Positions 30,899 to 43,576 of a stretch of DNA of 64,000 nt are shown piece by piece (position 1 is the first letter of the stretch; every line of letters starts with the position of its first letter). Origin of the DNA: Eledone cirrhosa (Eukaryota); assembly GCA_964016885.1 (NCBI GenBank), contig CAXHJY010001768.1, positions 124,001-188,000 on the forward strand, written 5' to 3'. The translations under genes and the position numbers were made by a program. Below the pieces are notes generated by a model. That model saw nothing but the letters and a program-made list of their open reading frames with translations. It did not search any database and was not told the origin of the DNA.

Positions 30899-32047
30899 CT
30901 GATCCAACCATGATAATTCTGACTTTATTTCAGGCAGTTCTATTCACAACTAGGTTTTCCGATATCTTTTGGGGGTTTTAAGATGGAAGAATAAGTATGT
31001 AGAGGATGATATTGCTGCTATTTCTAGTAAATTAAGAGACCACGTAGAGGCTCTTTTGTTGGCTTGTGGTGAGGTTAGTGAAATGATGGTGGTGGTGGAA
31101 AAGGGTATATAAATGTATATGTGACTAGTGGTGGTAGTGGTGGGGTGGATGGATGTAAGAAGAAGGGGTTGAGGTGGTGAAGGGCTAGATATACAGTATA
31201 TGTGGTGGTGAAGGGGGTAGATATAGAATTAAGTGTATGTGGTGGTGGTGGTGAAGGGGGTAGATATAGAATTGTGTGTATGTGATGGTGGTGGAAATGG
31301 GGGTAGATATAGAATTGTGTGTATGTGATGGTGGTGGTGGTGGTAATGGGGGTAGATATAGAATTGTGTGTATGTGGTGGTGGGGTGTATGTGTATGTGT
31401 GTGGTGGGAGTGTTAATGAAGTAGTGGTGAAAGGGAAGGATACATATATACTTGTGTGTGTGTGAGAGCATGCATATAAGCATGCCTGTGTGTATGTGTA
31501 AGTGTGTGCGTGTGTGCATGCATGCGTGCCAGCTTGTGTGTATGTGTGTGTGCATCTGTGTGATGGTATAGGGGGTTAGATATGTGTGTATATGTGGTAG
31601 TGGTGGTGGCGGTGGTGGTGGTGCAATAATAATGGGGCTAGATATAAGTGTGTATATGTATGTGGTGTGACAGTGTGGTGGTGGTGGTGTTGAAGGGAAG
31701 ATGTGTGTGTGGTGGTGGGGAAGAAGGATATGCCAGCTAAGCATTCTTCCCTATCTACTGAGGCTGACTGCTAAAGCAACACAAACATAGAATTTGTCTG
31801 AGAGATAACAGTAGTGACAGGGGAGGGAAAGATGTGTATGTGTGTGTATCTGTGTGTGTGGGAGACAGAGAGACAGTATTTGTATATGTATGTGTGCATG
31901 CATGTGTGTGCATGAGTATGAGTGCATTTGTGCATGTGTGCATTTGTGTGCACACTCACATATTCAGAGAGAAAGTGAGTTTCTAAATGTTACTTAAGGT
32001 AGTAAGAACACAAAAGAGTGTGGTAGAAAGATGATGGAATTATAGTT

Positions 32048-32287
32048 AAATAGGTAGATAGACAGGTAGATAGAGAGATAGAGCAGTAGATAGACAGGTA
32101 AATAGAAAGGTAGATAGAGCAGTTGGTATATAGGTAAATAGAGAGGTAGATAAAGCAGCTGGTATATAGGTAAATAGAAATGTAGATAGAGCTGCAGATA
32201 GAAGGTAAATAGAAAGGTAGAGAGATAAAAAGGCAAATAGAACGGTAGGTAGAAAGATAGATAGAACGGTAGGTAGAAAGATAGATA
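32048..32287. repeat. Degenerate 24-bp GATA-derived satellite units
   Basis: AGATAGATAGAACGGTAGGTAGAA-like units decaying leftwards. Confidence 0.8.
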
Positions 32288-33379
32288 AATTTTTTTATTA
32301 GCCACAAGGGCACAAAAGAAGGGGACAAATACAAATGGGGAGTTTACATACAGGTATATGAAAATAAAACTATTAATACAATAACAAATAACAATTGAAA
32401 TCCCCAATAGGGGGGAGGTGTTACACAGGGGTTGTACACACCCCGTAAAAATGTACAACTCTCATCTCCAGGAGCACCAAGAGTGAGTACTCCCTTCCTC
32501 AATTCCTCTTTTTCCTCAACCTACAGGCTTATATAGAGAGAAGGCCCAACCACTCAGGCCATCTTTGCCACACTCACCCACCTTTTATAAAATTTGCTGC
32601 TGTACAGCACCTCTCTCTCCATCCTGATTCTTCTTCCAAAGTGGTATTTGAAAAAAAGAATCAGTTGTTGGCCGGAGAGAAAGGTGTCTGACATCAACCC
32701 TTTTAACCTCGTCCACCATATAACTTCTTTCACCATAGCCATAACACATAGGAAAACCGCCTCTCCCTCGTTTTTGAAGGAGGGTGGCAGTTTGATCATG
32801 ACAATGGACTCGGTGGTCAACTGGATTGGTCCCACGTGCGACAATAGTCGTTCTACATAGCCCCACAGGTCGGTAGAGCTCCTCGGTAGCACTGCCAGGC
32901 CAGGGACTTTTGGAAGTTGTCCATTAGTCCTGGGCGGAAGGTCCTATAAAAACAGACTGGCCAGTTCGTCCTCCTCTACGCCTAGAGTTTCTCCGAGCGT
33001 GTCGTCGCTCTTGCTGCGGACCAACCCTCTATAGAATGTCGAAGTGGAGTCTCCACTGATCACCGGGTCCGTTTGCCAGAGGACTGTGAGCGCCTGAGCA
33101 CATTCAATGTGCCAGTCGCCCATTTTCCTCGGTCTTTGCTTGACCCAGGACTGCAGCTCGGTCAGCGAGACGAATCGTGGGAAGGCTCGCCTCACGAACG
33201 GGGCCCACACCGGTTGTCTGGTGAGGAATACGTGGAGGTGCCGCAGCCTGAGCGTGTGTTTGCGCATCGTCAGCCACGGCATCCCCAGCCCTCCGTTTGA
33301 AGGGTGTTGGCAGCAGATGGATCTTCTCACCAAAGGAGCCCGTTTCTTCCAAAGGAATTGGAAGAGCGCGCGCTCCACC
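32288..33379 (-). mobile_element. Tx1/L1-clade non-LTR retrotransposon 3' fragment A
   Basis: ERALFQFLWKKRAPLV..HPSNGGLGMPWL ORF2 C-terminal motif; 3'UTR ending AATAAAAAAA; flanked by AGAAAGATAGATA (32275-32287 and 33380-33392); CCHC region deleted relative to fragment B. Confidence 0.85.
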
Positions 33380-35024
33380 AGAAAGATAGATAGAACGGTA
33401 GATAGTAAGATAGAGAGAATGGTAGGTAGTAAGATAGAGAGAATGGTAGGTAGTAAGATAGAGAGAATGGTAGGTAGTAAGATAGATAGAACGGTAGGTA
33501 GTAAGATAGAGAGAACGGTAGGTAGTAAGATAGAGAGAATGGTAGATAGTAATATAGAGAGAATGGTAGGTAGTAAGATAGAGAGAATGGTAGGTAGTAA
33601 GATAGAGAGAATGGTAGGTAGTAAGATAGATAGAACGGTAGGTAGTAAGATAGAGAGAATGGTAGGTAGTAAGATAGAGAGAATGGTAGGTAGTAAGATA
33701 GATAGAACGGTAGGTAGTAAGATAGAGAGAATGGTAGGTAGTAAGATAGAGAGAATGGTAGGTAGTAAGATAGATAGAACGGTAGGTAGTAAGATAGAGA
33801 GAATGGTAGGTAGTAAGATAGAGAGAATGGTAGGTAGTAAGATAGAGAGAATGGTAGGTAGTAAGATAGAGAGAATGGTAGGTAGTAAGATAGAGAGAAT
33901 GGTAGGTAGTAAGATAGAGAGAATGGTAGGTAGTAAGATAGAGAGAATGGTAGGTAGTAAGATAGAGAGAATGGTAGATAGTAAGATAGAGAGAATGGTA
34001 GGTAGTAAGATAGAGAGAATGGTAGGTAGTAAGATAGAGAGAATGGTAGGTAGTAAGATAGAGAGAATGGTAGGTAGTAAGATAGAGAGAATGGTAGGTA
34101 GTAAGATAGAGAGAATGGTAGGTAGTAAGATAGATAGAACGGTAGGTAGAGAGATAGAGAGAATGGTAGGTAGTAAGATAGAGAGAACGGTAGGTAGTAA
34201 GATAGAGAGAACGGTAGGTAGTAAGATAGAGAGAATGGTAGGTAGTAAGATAGAGAGAATGGTAGGTAGTAAGATAGAGAGAATGGTAGGTAGTAAGATA
34301 GAGAGAATGGTAGGTAGTAAGATAGAGAGAATGGTAGGTAGTAAGATAGAGAGAATGGTAGGTAGTAAGATAGAGAGAATGGTAGGTAGTAAGATAGAGA
34401 GAACGGTAGGTAGTAAGATAGAGAGAATGGTAGGTAGTAAGATAGAGAGAATGGTAGGTAGTAAGATAGAGAGAATGGTAGGTAGTAAGATAGAGAGAAT
34501 GGTAGGTAGTAAGATAGAGAGAATGGTAGGTAGTAAGATAGATAGAACGGTAGGTAGTAAGATAGAGAGAATGGTAGGTAGTAAGATAGATAGAACGGTA
34601 GGTAGTAAGATAGAGAGAATGGTAGGTAGTAAGATAGATAGAACGGTAGGTAGTAAGATAGAGAGAATGGTAGGTAGTAAGATAGAGAGAATGGTAGGTA
34701 GTAAGATAGAGAGAATGGTAGGTAGTAAGATAGAGAGAATGGTAGGTAGTAAGATAGAGAGAATGGTAGGTAGTAAGATAGAGAGAATGGTAGGTAGTAA
34801 GATAGAGAGAATGGTAGGTAGTAAGATAGAGAGAACGGTAGGTAGTAAGATAGAGAGAATGGTAGGTAGTAAGATAGAGAGAACGGTAGGTAGTAAGATA
34901 GAGAGAATGGTAGGTAGTAAGATAGATAGAATGGTAGGTAGTAAGATAGAGAGAACGGTAGGTAGTAAGATAGAGAGAATGGTAGGTAGTAAGATAGAGA
35001 GAATGGTAGGTAGTAAGATAGATA
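33380..35024. repeat. 24-bp tandem array (GATAGAGAGAATGGTAGGTAGTAA)n, ~68 units
   Basis: Highly homogeneous units with a few recurring variants. Confidence 0.97.
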
Positions 35025-36196
35025 AGTTTCTTTTATTTGCCACTAGGGCATCAAAAGTGGGACAAGTACAAAGGGGGGAGTTTACACAAAAAGGCGTCCT
35101 CAATAAGGAGGAGGCAATAACAAAATATAAAAATAAAATAAGATATAACAAAAAATAAAATTTTTAACAAAATCCTCAATAGAGAGGAGGCGCCTTGGGG
35201 GGTCGCACACACCCCCGAAAAAAGTGTGCAACCCTTTTCCTCAGGAGCACAGAGAGGGGGTGCTCCCTCGTTCCTTCCTCTTTTCCACCTACAGGCTTAT
35301 GTAAAGAGAAGGCCCATTCACACGGGCCATTCTCGCCACTTTCACCCACCTTTCATAAAAACGACTGGGGTGCAGCACCTCTCTCTCCATCCTGATCCTT
35401 CTTCCGAAATGATATCGGAAGAAACGGACCAGTTGTTGGCCAGAGAGAAAGGTGCCTGACCTCAGTCCTTTCAGACGCGTCCACCATACAACCTCTTTCG
35501 CCATGGCTATTACGCACAGAAACACCGCCTCTGCTTCATCTTTGAAGGGGGGAGGCGGCTTGATCATTACAATAGACTCGGTGGTCAACCGGATCGGTCC
35601 CACCCCTGACAGCAGTTGTTCGACATAGCCCCACAGATCGGCTACGCCCGAGCAGTGTACCAATGCGTGTGCAACGGTTTCCTCGTCGCACACGCATCTG
35701 GGACAGATCTTTTTGGCGGGGTCCCTACCCGGGCGCCCGTGTCTGTAGAGCCTTTCTCGAACGGGTAAAGCCCCTCGGTAGCACTGCCAGGCTAGGGACT
35801 TCTGGAAGTTGTCCATAGGTCCCGGGCTGAATGTCCTACCGAACAGGCTGGCCAGTTCGTCCTCCTCCATGTCTAGGGCTTCTCCGAGGGCGTCGTCGCA
35901 CCTGCTGCGTACCAGCCCTCTATAGAATGTTGCGGTGGAGTCTCCACTGATAACCGGATCCGCCTGCCAGAGGACGGTGAGCGCCTGGGCACACTCAGTG
36001 TGCCAGGCGCCCAGTTTTCTCGGTCTTTGCTTGACCCAGGATTGCAGCTCGGTGAGTGAGACGAGTCTGGGAAAGGTTCGTCTCACAAACGAGGCCCACA
36101 CCGGTTGTCCGGTGAGGAATACGTAGAGGTGCCGTAGCCTTAATGCGTGTTTACGCATCATTAGCCACGGCATCCCCAGCCCTCCTTTCGAAGGGT
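35025..36196 (-). mobile_element. Tx1/L1-clade non-LTR retrotransposon 3' fragment B
   Basis: Open ORF2 C-terminus HPSKGGLGMPWL..WQCYRGALPV..CPRCVCDEETVAHALVHC (CCHC zinc knuckle), stop at 35289, AATAAA 3' end; flanked by GTAAGATAGATA (35013-35024 and 36197-36208). Confidence 0.9.
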
Positions 36197-37418
36197 GTAA
36201 GATAGATAGAACGGTAGATAGTAAGATAGAGAGAATGGTAGGTAGTAAGATAGATAGAACGGTAGGTAGTAAGATAGAGAGAATGGTAGGTAGTAAGATA
36301 GAGAGAATGGTAGGTAGTAAGATAGAGAGAATGGTAGGTAGTAAGATAGATAGAACGGTAGATAGTAAGATAGAGAGAATGGTAGATAGTAAGATAGAGA
36401 GAATGGTAGGTAGTAAGATAGATAGAACGGTAGGTAGTAAGATAGAGAGAATGGTAGGTAGTAAGATAGAGAGAATGGTAGGTAGTAAGATAGAGAGAAT
36501 GGTAGGTAGTAAGATAGAGAGAATGGTAGGTAGTAAGATAGAGAGAATGGTAGGTAGTAAGATAGTGAGAATGGTAGGTAGTAAGATAGAGAGAACGGTA
36601 GGTAGTAAGATAGAGAGAACGGTAGGTAGTAAGATAGAGAGAATGGTAGGTAGTAAGATAGTGAGAATGGTAGGTAGTAAGATAGAGAGAATGGTAGGTA
36701 GTAAGATAGAGAGAATGGTAGGTAGTAAGATAGAGAGAATGGTAGGTAGTAAGATAGAGAGAATGGTAGGTAGTAAGATAGAGAGAATGGTAGGTAGTAA
36801 GATAGAGAGAACGGTAGGTAGTAAGATAGAGAGAACGGTAGATAGTAAGATAGAGAGAATGGTAGGTAGTAAGATAGAGAGAACGGTAGGTAGTAAGATA
36901 GAGAGAACGGTAGGTAGTAAGATAGAGAGAATGGTAGGTAGTAAGATAGAGAGAATGGTAGGTAGTAAGATAGAGAGAACGGTAGGTAGTAAGATAGAGA
37001 GAACGGTAGATAGTAAGATAGAGAGAATGGTAGGTAGTAAGATAGAGAGAACGGTAGGTAGTAAGATAGAGAGAATGGTAGGTAGTAAGATAGAGAGAAT
37101 GGTAGGTAGTAAGATAGAGAGAATGGTAGGTAGTAAGATAGAGAGAACGGTAGGTAGTAAGATAGAGAGAACGGTAGATAGTAAGATAGTGAGAATGGTA
37201 GGTAGAAAGATAGATAGAACGGTAGGTAGAGAGATAGATAGAACGGTAGGTAGTAAGATAGATAGAACGGTAGGTAGAGAGATAGATAGAACAGCAGATA
37301 GTAAGATAGATAGAATGGTAGGTAGAGAGATAGATAGAAGAGCAGATAGAAAGATAGATAGAACGGTAGGTAGAAAGATAGATAGAACGGCAGATAGAAA
37401 GATAGATAGAAGGCTAGA
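36197..37418. repeat. 24-bp tandem array, ~50 units, degenerate right edge
   Basis: Same unit; divergence rises after ~37200. Confidence 0.97.
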
Positions 37419-37559
37419 AAAGAACAACTAGAAGAAATGTCATGTAGTGGATAGTTCCATCCTCTTCCTATAAATTCTACATTCAAATGTTACTAAAAGC
37501 AGCCATTTCCCATACCAGGTGTCTTGAAGAGTAGCTCAACACCTATCTTCCTTGCAGGG

Positions 37560-37730
37560 GAAGTGTAAGTAGTTTTCTTTTATCTGGTGAAAACAATTGT
37601 ATGGTGGACAAGACTGAAAGGGCTGTCCTGGTATGTGTTGTGCAGATCTGATTAAGGGACACCCATTGCTTTCTGTGAAGGTCAAAGCTGGTGGGTTTAG
37701 ATGTGGGGTCCTGGATGAGGTGGGCAACTG
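37560..37730 (-). pseudogene. Ancient Ingi/Vingi-like LINE C-terminal fragment
   Basis: HLIQDPTSKPTSFDLHRKQWVSLNQICT resembles the LI.DPT..P.GFDL.R..W..LNR.RT motif. Confidence 0.45.
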
Positions 37731-38402
37731 TGTATAAATAAATAAAGCATACACATATGCATGTATGGTCACATAAACTCCTGATGGAGTCATAGGGGCA
37801 CTGTATTGACATTCAGCGTTTCTAGGGCATTTTAAAACTCTCCAGGTCTGAATACAGCAGATTTCTTCCAGAGAAGGATAGAGTGTGAGAGAAAGCAAAT
37901 GAGAAAGAGATATAGAGGAAGAGTCGACCCCAGTATTGGATGAAAGGCAAAGTTGACCTCAGCAGGATTTGAACTCAGAGTAGAGAGCTGAACAAATACT
38001 GCAAAGCATTCTATCTGACATTCTAATGACTCTGCCATACACTTATATAAATATATATATATAAATGAATATATATAAAATATAAAATAAATGCATACAC
38101 ATTATTATAATTCACTGCAGCTGTATTTGGCTGAAATGATTTATAACATGGCTCATGTTCAAACACTATCAATGTAGAATGAAAGAAAGAAGTGATTTGA
38201 GAAGGCAAGAAAAGAAATTAAGAAATGCAATATAACACTATTCTATATGTAGATTCCATTCATCAAAATTTAAAAAATAGGGAAAAAGAAACATTACTAC
38301 ATAGAAATGCTATAAGCATTTGCTCTTCATTCATGAATTTCTATACTGAAAAATTATATTAAACAGTCACCACCTCTCTTTATCTATCTCTCACGCGCAT
38401 AT

Positions 38403-38434
<32 letters not shown>

Positions 38435-38443
38435 GTAAACATA

Positions 38444-38776
38444 CAGTGGAACCTCAATTCACAAACTTAATTTGTTCCTGAAAGCCATTTGTTACCCGAA
38501 ATGTTTGTAAACCGAAACTACTTTTCCCATATGAAATGTTAAGAGAGGAATTCACCGAGAGAGGGACAGTGTGTGAAAGATGGATAGATATCATCATAGT
38601 AACTAACTACACAGCAAGTGACACTTTCCCACCGATACTCCCAGCTTGTTGCCAACTGTTGTTGCTGGCGTGTGTGTTTGTTACTCAAGATCTACCAAGA
38701 CGTTTTATGTGAGAAAAAATTGTTCATAAACCGATTTGTTCGTGATGAGAGGTGTTTGTGAACTGAGGTTCCACTG
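38444..38776. mobile_element. pogo/Tigger-like MITE
   Basis: TIRs CAGTGGAACCTCAATTCACAAAC / GTTTGTGAACTGAGGTTCCACTG. Confidence 0.8.
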
Positions 38777-38936
38777 TGTATGTATATATATATATATATA
38801 TATATTGTAAGTGAGATGTCAATCTCTGGTTTGCTAAGAGGTCTGTGACCCCCTTGCTTCAGTACTGACTCAGACTGTGAAGACCCATCTAACCCTTGCT
38901 AGCAGAGAAAGTGGATTTTAAATGATGATGATAATA

Positions 38937-38971
<35 letters not shown>

Positions 38972-39447
38972 AATGATAATGATGATGATGATGCCTGCAT
39001 TAACAAGACATTTATTAAAAGTACAAAAACAGCAATATGACTGCATCACATGAAAAATTAAAACCATTCTTCAAATACTGTAGATTTTCTGACCAATGTC
39101 AACTAGTGAACATCCTATAAACATTTGAATTAACAAATCAGTTTTTTCAATATTTTCTGCTGCTATGGAATGGCAAATTAAGCAACATACCTTTGATAAA
39201 CTATGATATCAATTCTAATGGACCATACATTCATGCCTCATCCTCCCTTCACCCCCACCTACAAAACGTGGCCATTATGTTAAGTGCATTGTTTGTAATT
39301 AATGTACCATTCTGTGGATGAATGAATGGGCAAATTGGCCCAGATGTGATTTAAACGCCGAATATCAAAGTGGTGGGATGAAACATCTTCTTTGCCCACT
39401 TATTCCTGAGAGAGTCGAGGGAGGGGGGGGGGGGTCAGAGTCTTATG

Positions 39448-39810
39448 CTGATAATGAAATTATTGCATACAGTGCTCAGGAGCACTACAACTCATCAAAG
39501 GTGCATGTATAGTACATAGAATAATGTACAAATATCAGGAAAATGAACAGTGTATGAGTGATGATATACACACACACGCACACATACACACGCACACACG
39601 CATGTGTGTGTATGGAGAGGGAATATCAGGTGTAGTGTTGGTGAATTTCAGGAAGCATGGAGGTTTTAAAGGATGCAGTGTCTCAGCAGCTAACAACTAA
39701 TGCAGGTAGTTTGTTCCATGCTTCAGCAACTCTGAGCGTGAAATAATGTTTCCGAAAGTCATGGGAGCTGTGCTGTTTCCTGACTTTGTAGGCCTGTCCA
39801 CGGGTATTCC
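39448..39810 (-). mobile_element. CR1-clade LINE 3' end
   Basis: RGQAYKVRKQHSSHDFRKHYFTLRVAEAWNKLP (CR1 C-terminal motif); the same 3' tail occurs on + at 45050-45130. Confidence 0.75.
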
Positions 39811-40791
39811 TCAAACACTCCTTCCAGTGGGTCCTGTCAGAAGCAACCATCTCCAACAGATCTGGCTGGATTCCCAAGCATGACTAGCCAAGCTCATGGA
39901 TGTTATCCAATCATCTTGCTCGGGGGCTACACCTGGGTCTCCTGCCAGTTGATTTTTGCCCATAAAATCTGCCCAGAGATTCTTTCCAGAGACATTCTAA
40001 CCACATTTGTAATCACTGCTTGTCCATCACTCTTGCAAAACCAAAACTATTTCCACTTAACTCTAAACATTTCGTATTTGTTTTGCAACATTTTTTTAAT
40101 TTAAAACTGTATATTGAAACAGATATAGTTATACTTTGGGAGGGTCATGCTGCCAATAAAAAACATATGCACCTGTTGGAGTTTCACTTCAATTATTATA
40201 ATTTTCTAGTCGGTTAGTTTAATAACAAGATGGTTGTTTAGTTGTTGATTGCCAAAGTTCTTTTGTCGCACATTCTGTGACCTCCTCAGTGAGTACTTTT
40301 GTTGTTATTTTATGTCTCTCTTTTGTTTTACACCATTATGTTGTATTACATCATCAAGATGGTCTAAGAGAGAACAAGAGGGATACAGACCTTCTTCACT
40401 TGTCTGGGACAACAGTGGCCCCACTTCGGTACTGACTTGGTCTATGTAAACCTGTCCAACCCTTGTTAGCAGGGAAAGCTGAGGTTAAATGATTATATAT
40501 ATATATATATATATATTAACAATAATAAATGTGAAGACTAAAATCCAAAGAGGGCTTGATAAGGATAAATATATATCAAATATATAAGAACCCTAGAGCA
40601 AATATTTATTAAAATAACAGATCTTCAGAAGATCCCATTAAGGGAGAAAGCAGCGATTCTTTTCTTAAACTTTAATCTGTTATTTTAATAAATATATATA
40701 TATATATATAAGGTAAACAGAAATAACAAAGCAAACAACACAGTACAATGAAAAAGTATATTAGTTTTATGCTTGATATAGTAGGAAAAGA

Positions 40792-40830
40792 GCCTTAACG
40801 TTTCAGACACTAGTCCTTCATCAGAAAGTA
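40792..40830 (-). ncRNA. Minimal hammerhead ribozyme core
   Basis: CTGATGA-A-GGAC-TAGT-GTCT-GAAAC-GTTA with palindromic stem III AACGTT; stem I weak. Confidence 0.5.
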
Positions 40831-41244
40831 GAATGGGAAATTAAAGAAGAAATAGAAAGATAGAGGAGACTGGGCAGTGGCAGAAACGAAAAGAAATTCT
40901 TTGAGAAAAGCAGTTTTGTTTAGGTCGCCATCTCTTGGAAATTCACACACACACACACACATATGTGTGTGTATACATACACACACATATATATATATAC
41001 ACATACACATGCACACACAGGTATACATGTGAATGGACACATACATACTCTACAAAAAGCAATGACATAACTACTATCACCACCACCAGTGCAGGTAACC
41101 TCCCTCCTGCATCACCTGCACCACTACCACCACTCTCACTTATTGATGAAAATAGAAAGAAAAAGAAGGGAAGGTATTTATGATAGAGGAGGGAGGAAGA
41201 GTGACAGAATGTGAGAGAGATATAAACAGAGGGAGGAGAGAGTG

Positions 41245-41299
<55 letters not shown>

Positions 41300-41489
41300 C
41301 GAAAGAGGGGGAGAGAGAGTGAGAGGGAAAAACAGGCAGAGAAAGTGGAGGTCAGGTAGATTGAGAGAGAAAGACAGACAGAGAAAGAGGGAGAGAAAAT
41401 GAGAGAGAGGTAGAGAGAAAATGATATATTGAGATGACAATGTGTGAATACACATGAGATTTATAGCTGGAATTAAAAGATAGGGTGAT

Positions 41490-42660
41490 GTGGTGGTGTT
41501 GATGGTGCAGTGTAGTGTTGATGTGGTGGTGGTGGTGGTGGTGCAGTGTAGTGTTGTGGTGGTGGTGGTGCAGTGTAGTGTTAAGGTGGTGGTGCAGTGT
41601 AGTGTTGATGTGGTGGTGGTGGTGGTGGTGGTGCAGTGTAGTGTTGTGGTGGTGGTGGTGCAGTGTAGTGTTGTGGTGGTGGTGGTGCAGTGTAGTGTTG
41701 TGGTGGTGGTGGCAGTGTAGTGTTGTGGTGGTGGTGGTGCAGTGTAGTGTTGTGGTGGTGGTGCAGTGTAGTGTTGATGTGGTGGTGGTGGTGGTGCAGT
41801 GTTGTGTTGTGGTGGTGGTGGTGCAGTGTAGTGTTGAGGTGGTGGTGCAGTGTAGTGTTGAGGTGGTGGTGGTGGTGGTGGTGCAGTGTAGTGTTGTGGT
41901 GGTGGTGGTGGTGGTGTAGTGTTGTGGTGGTGGTGGTGGTGCAGTGTAGTGTTGAGGTGGTGGTGGTGGTGGTGGTGCAGTGTAGTGTTGTGGTGGTGGT
42001 GGTGGTGGTGCAGTGTAGTATTGTGGTGGTGGTGCAGTGTAGTGTTGTGGTGGTGGTGCAGTGTAGTGTTGAGAAGGTGGTGTTGGTGGTGCAGTGTAGT
42101 GTTGAGGAGGTGGTGGTGGTGCTGCAGTGTAGTGTTGAGAAGGTCGTGTTGGTGGTGCAGTGTAGTGTTGTGGGGTGAGGGGGGTGCAGTGTGGTGGTGG
42201 TGCAGTGTAGTGTTGTGGGGTGAGGGGGGTGCAGTGTAGTGTTGGAGTGGTGGTGGTGCAGTGTAGTGTTGGGGTGGTGGTGGTGGTAGTGCAGTGTAGT
42301 GTTGGAGTGGTTATGGTGCAGTGTAGTGCTGGGGGTGAGGGCGGTGCAGTGTAGTGCTGGAGGAGGGGGCAGTGTAGCTCTTGGGTGGTGTTGATGGTGC
42401 AGTGTAGTGTTGGGGTGGTGATGCTGGTGGCGGTGGTGCAGTGTAGTGCTGGGAAGGGGGCAGTTTAGTGCTGGAGGAGGGGGCAGTGTAGCCCTGGGTG
42501 GTTTTGATGGTGTTGACGGTGTGCAGTATAGTGTTGGGGTGGTGATGGTGGTGCAGTGTAGTACTGTGGTGGTGGTGGTGCAGTGTAGTGCTGAGGTGGT
42601 GGTGGTGGTGATGATGGTGGTGGTGCAATGTAGTGTCGGGGTGGTGGTAATGGTGGTGGT
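41490..42660. repeat. Minisatellite GTGCAGTGTAGTGTT + (GGT)n
   Basis: Constant core with variable-length GGT spacer. Confidence 0.9.
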
Positions 42661-43059
42661 GATGAAACAGTGATGCTGGTTATGTGATGCCATGGTAGTG
42701 TTGACAGGTTGGTGTAATGCTGGTGTTGGCTCTGCAGTGAGGTGGTAGTTTTGGTGGTGTGATGTTGTGGAGGTGGTGGTTAGTATGAAGGTATGGTGAT
42801 GGTGATGATGATGATGTTTCTAGCAAATAAATATCAATGATAATTCTTCAAAATAATCAACATCAACCGATGCATAATTTAACAGATTCAAATGTGGTGG
42901 AACTTCCAGCAGGACAACTTTATGGTATATATATATATATATTTATGTGTTTGTGTGTATATATATATGTATATATTATGTATGTATATATCATTTGTTT
43001 TGCTTTATTTTCGTTTATTGTCTTCCTTTTGTTAATTTTCCTAAGCATATATATATATA

Positions 43060-43099
<40 letters not shown>

Positions 43100-43104
43100 T
43101 TTCA

Positions 43105-43460
43105 TTTTTACGTCCGCTTTTCCCTGCTTGCAAGGGTGGGACGGGAACTGATTCTGGCTTGATTTCTACAGCTGGATGCCCTTCCTAACACCAACCTCAT
43201 TTACAGTGAGTGCTGGGTGCTTTTTTGCCGTGGTGCCTACACATCCACTTTACAGTGTGGGCTGGGTGCTTTTTTGCTGTGGCACCTCCACGACCACTCT
43301 GCAGTGGAATGATAGGGACCCCAGTCCACCCCAGTCCCTATCATCTCATTTCTACAGCTGAGTAAACTGGAGCAATGTGAAATAAAGTGTCTTGCTCAAG
43401 GAAACAACACATCACCCGGTCTGAGAATTGAACTCACAACCTTTTGATTGCAAGGCCAAT
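43105..43460 (-). mobile_element. SINE family A
   Basis: Reverse complement of the 18931-19255 type. Confidence 0.9.
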
Positions 43461-43576
43461 GTAAATATGTGTGTATATATATATATATATGTATATATGT
43501 GTGTATATATATGTACATATGTGTGTGTCTGTGTGAGTGTATATATATATGTGTGAGAGTGTATATTTTTTTTTTT

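Noticed and set aside
33380-37418. CRISPR-like array
   Set aside because: Contiguous tandem units with no unique spacers; eukaryotic context; no cas genes.
32944-37427. 735-aa and 712-aa ORFs fusing (ILLPTILS)n to retroelement ORF2, and 683/398-aa (KIERMVGS)n ORFs
   Set aside because: The 24-bp unit has no stop codon in any minus-strand frame, so long ORFs and in-frame fusion are expected by chance; no credible start context.
37513-37727. Host exon on minus strand (AG..GT boundaries)
   Set aside because: The plausible frames hit stops before the donor, and the best frame resembles a Vingi/Ingi LINE C-terminus.
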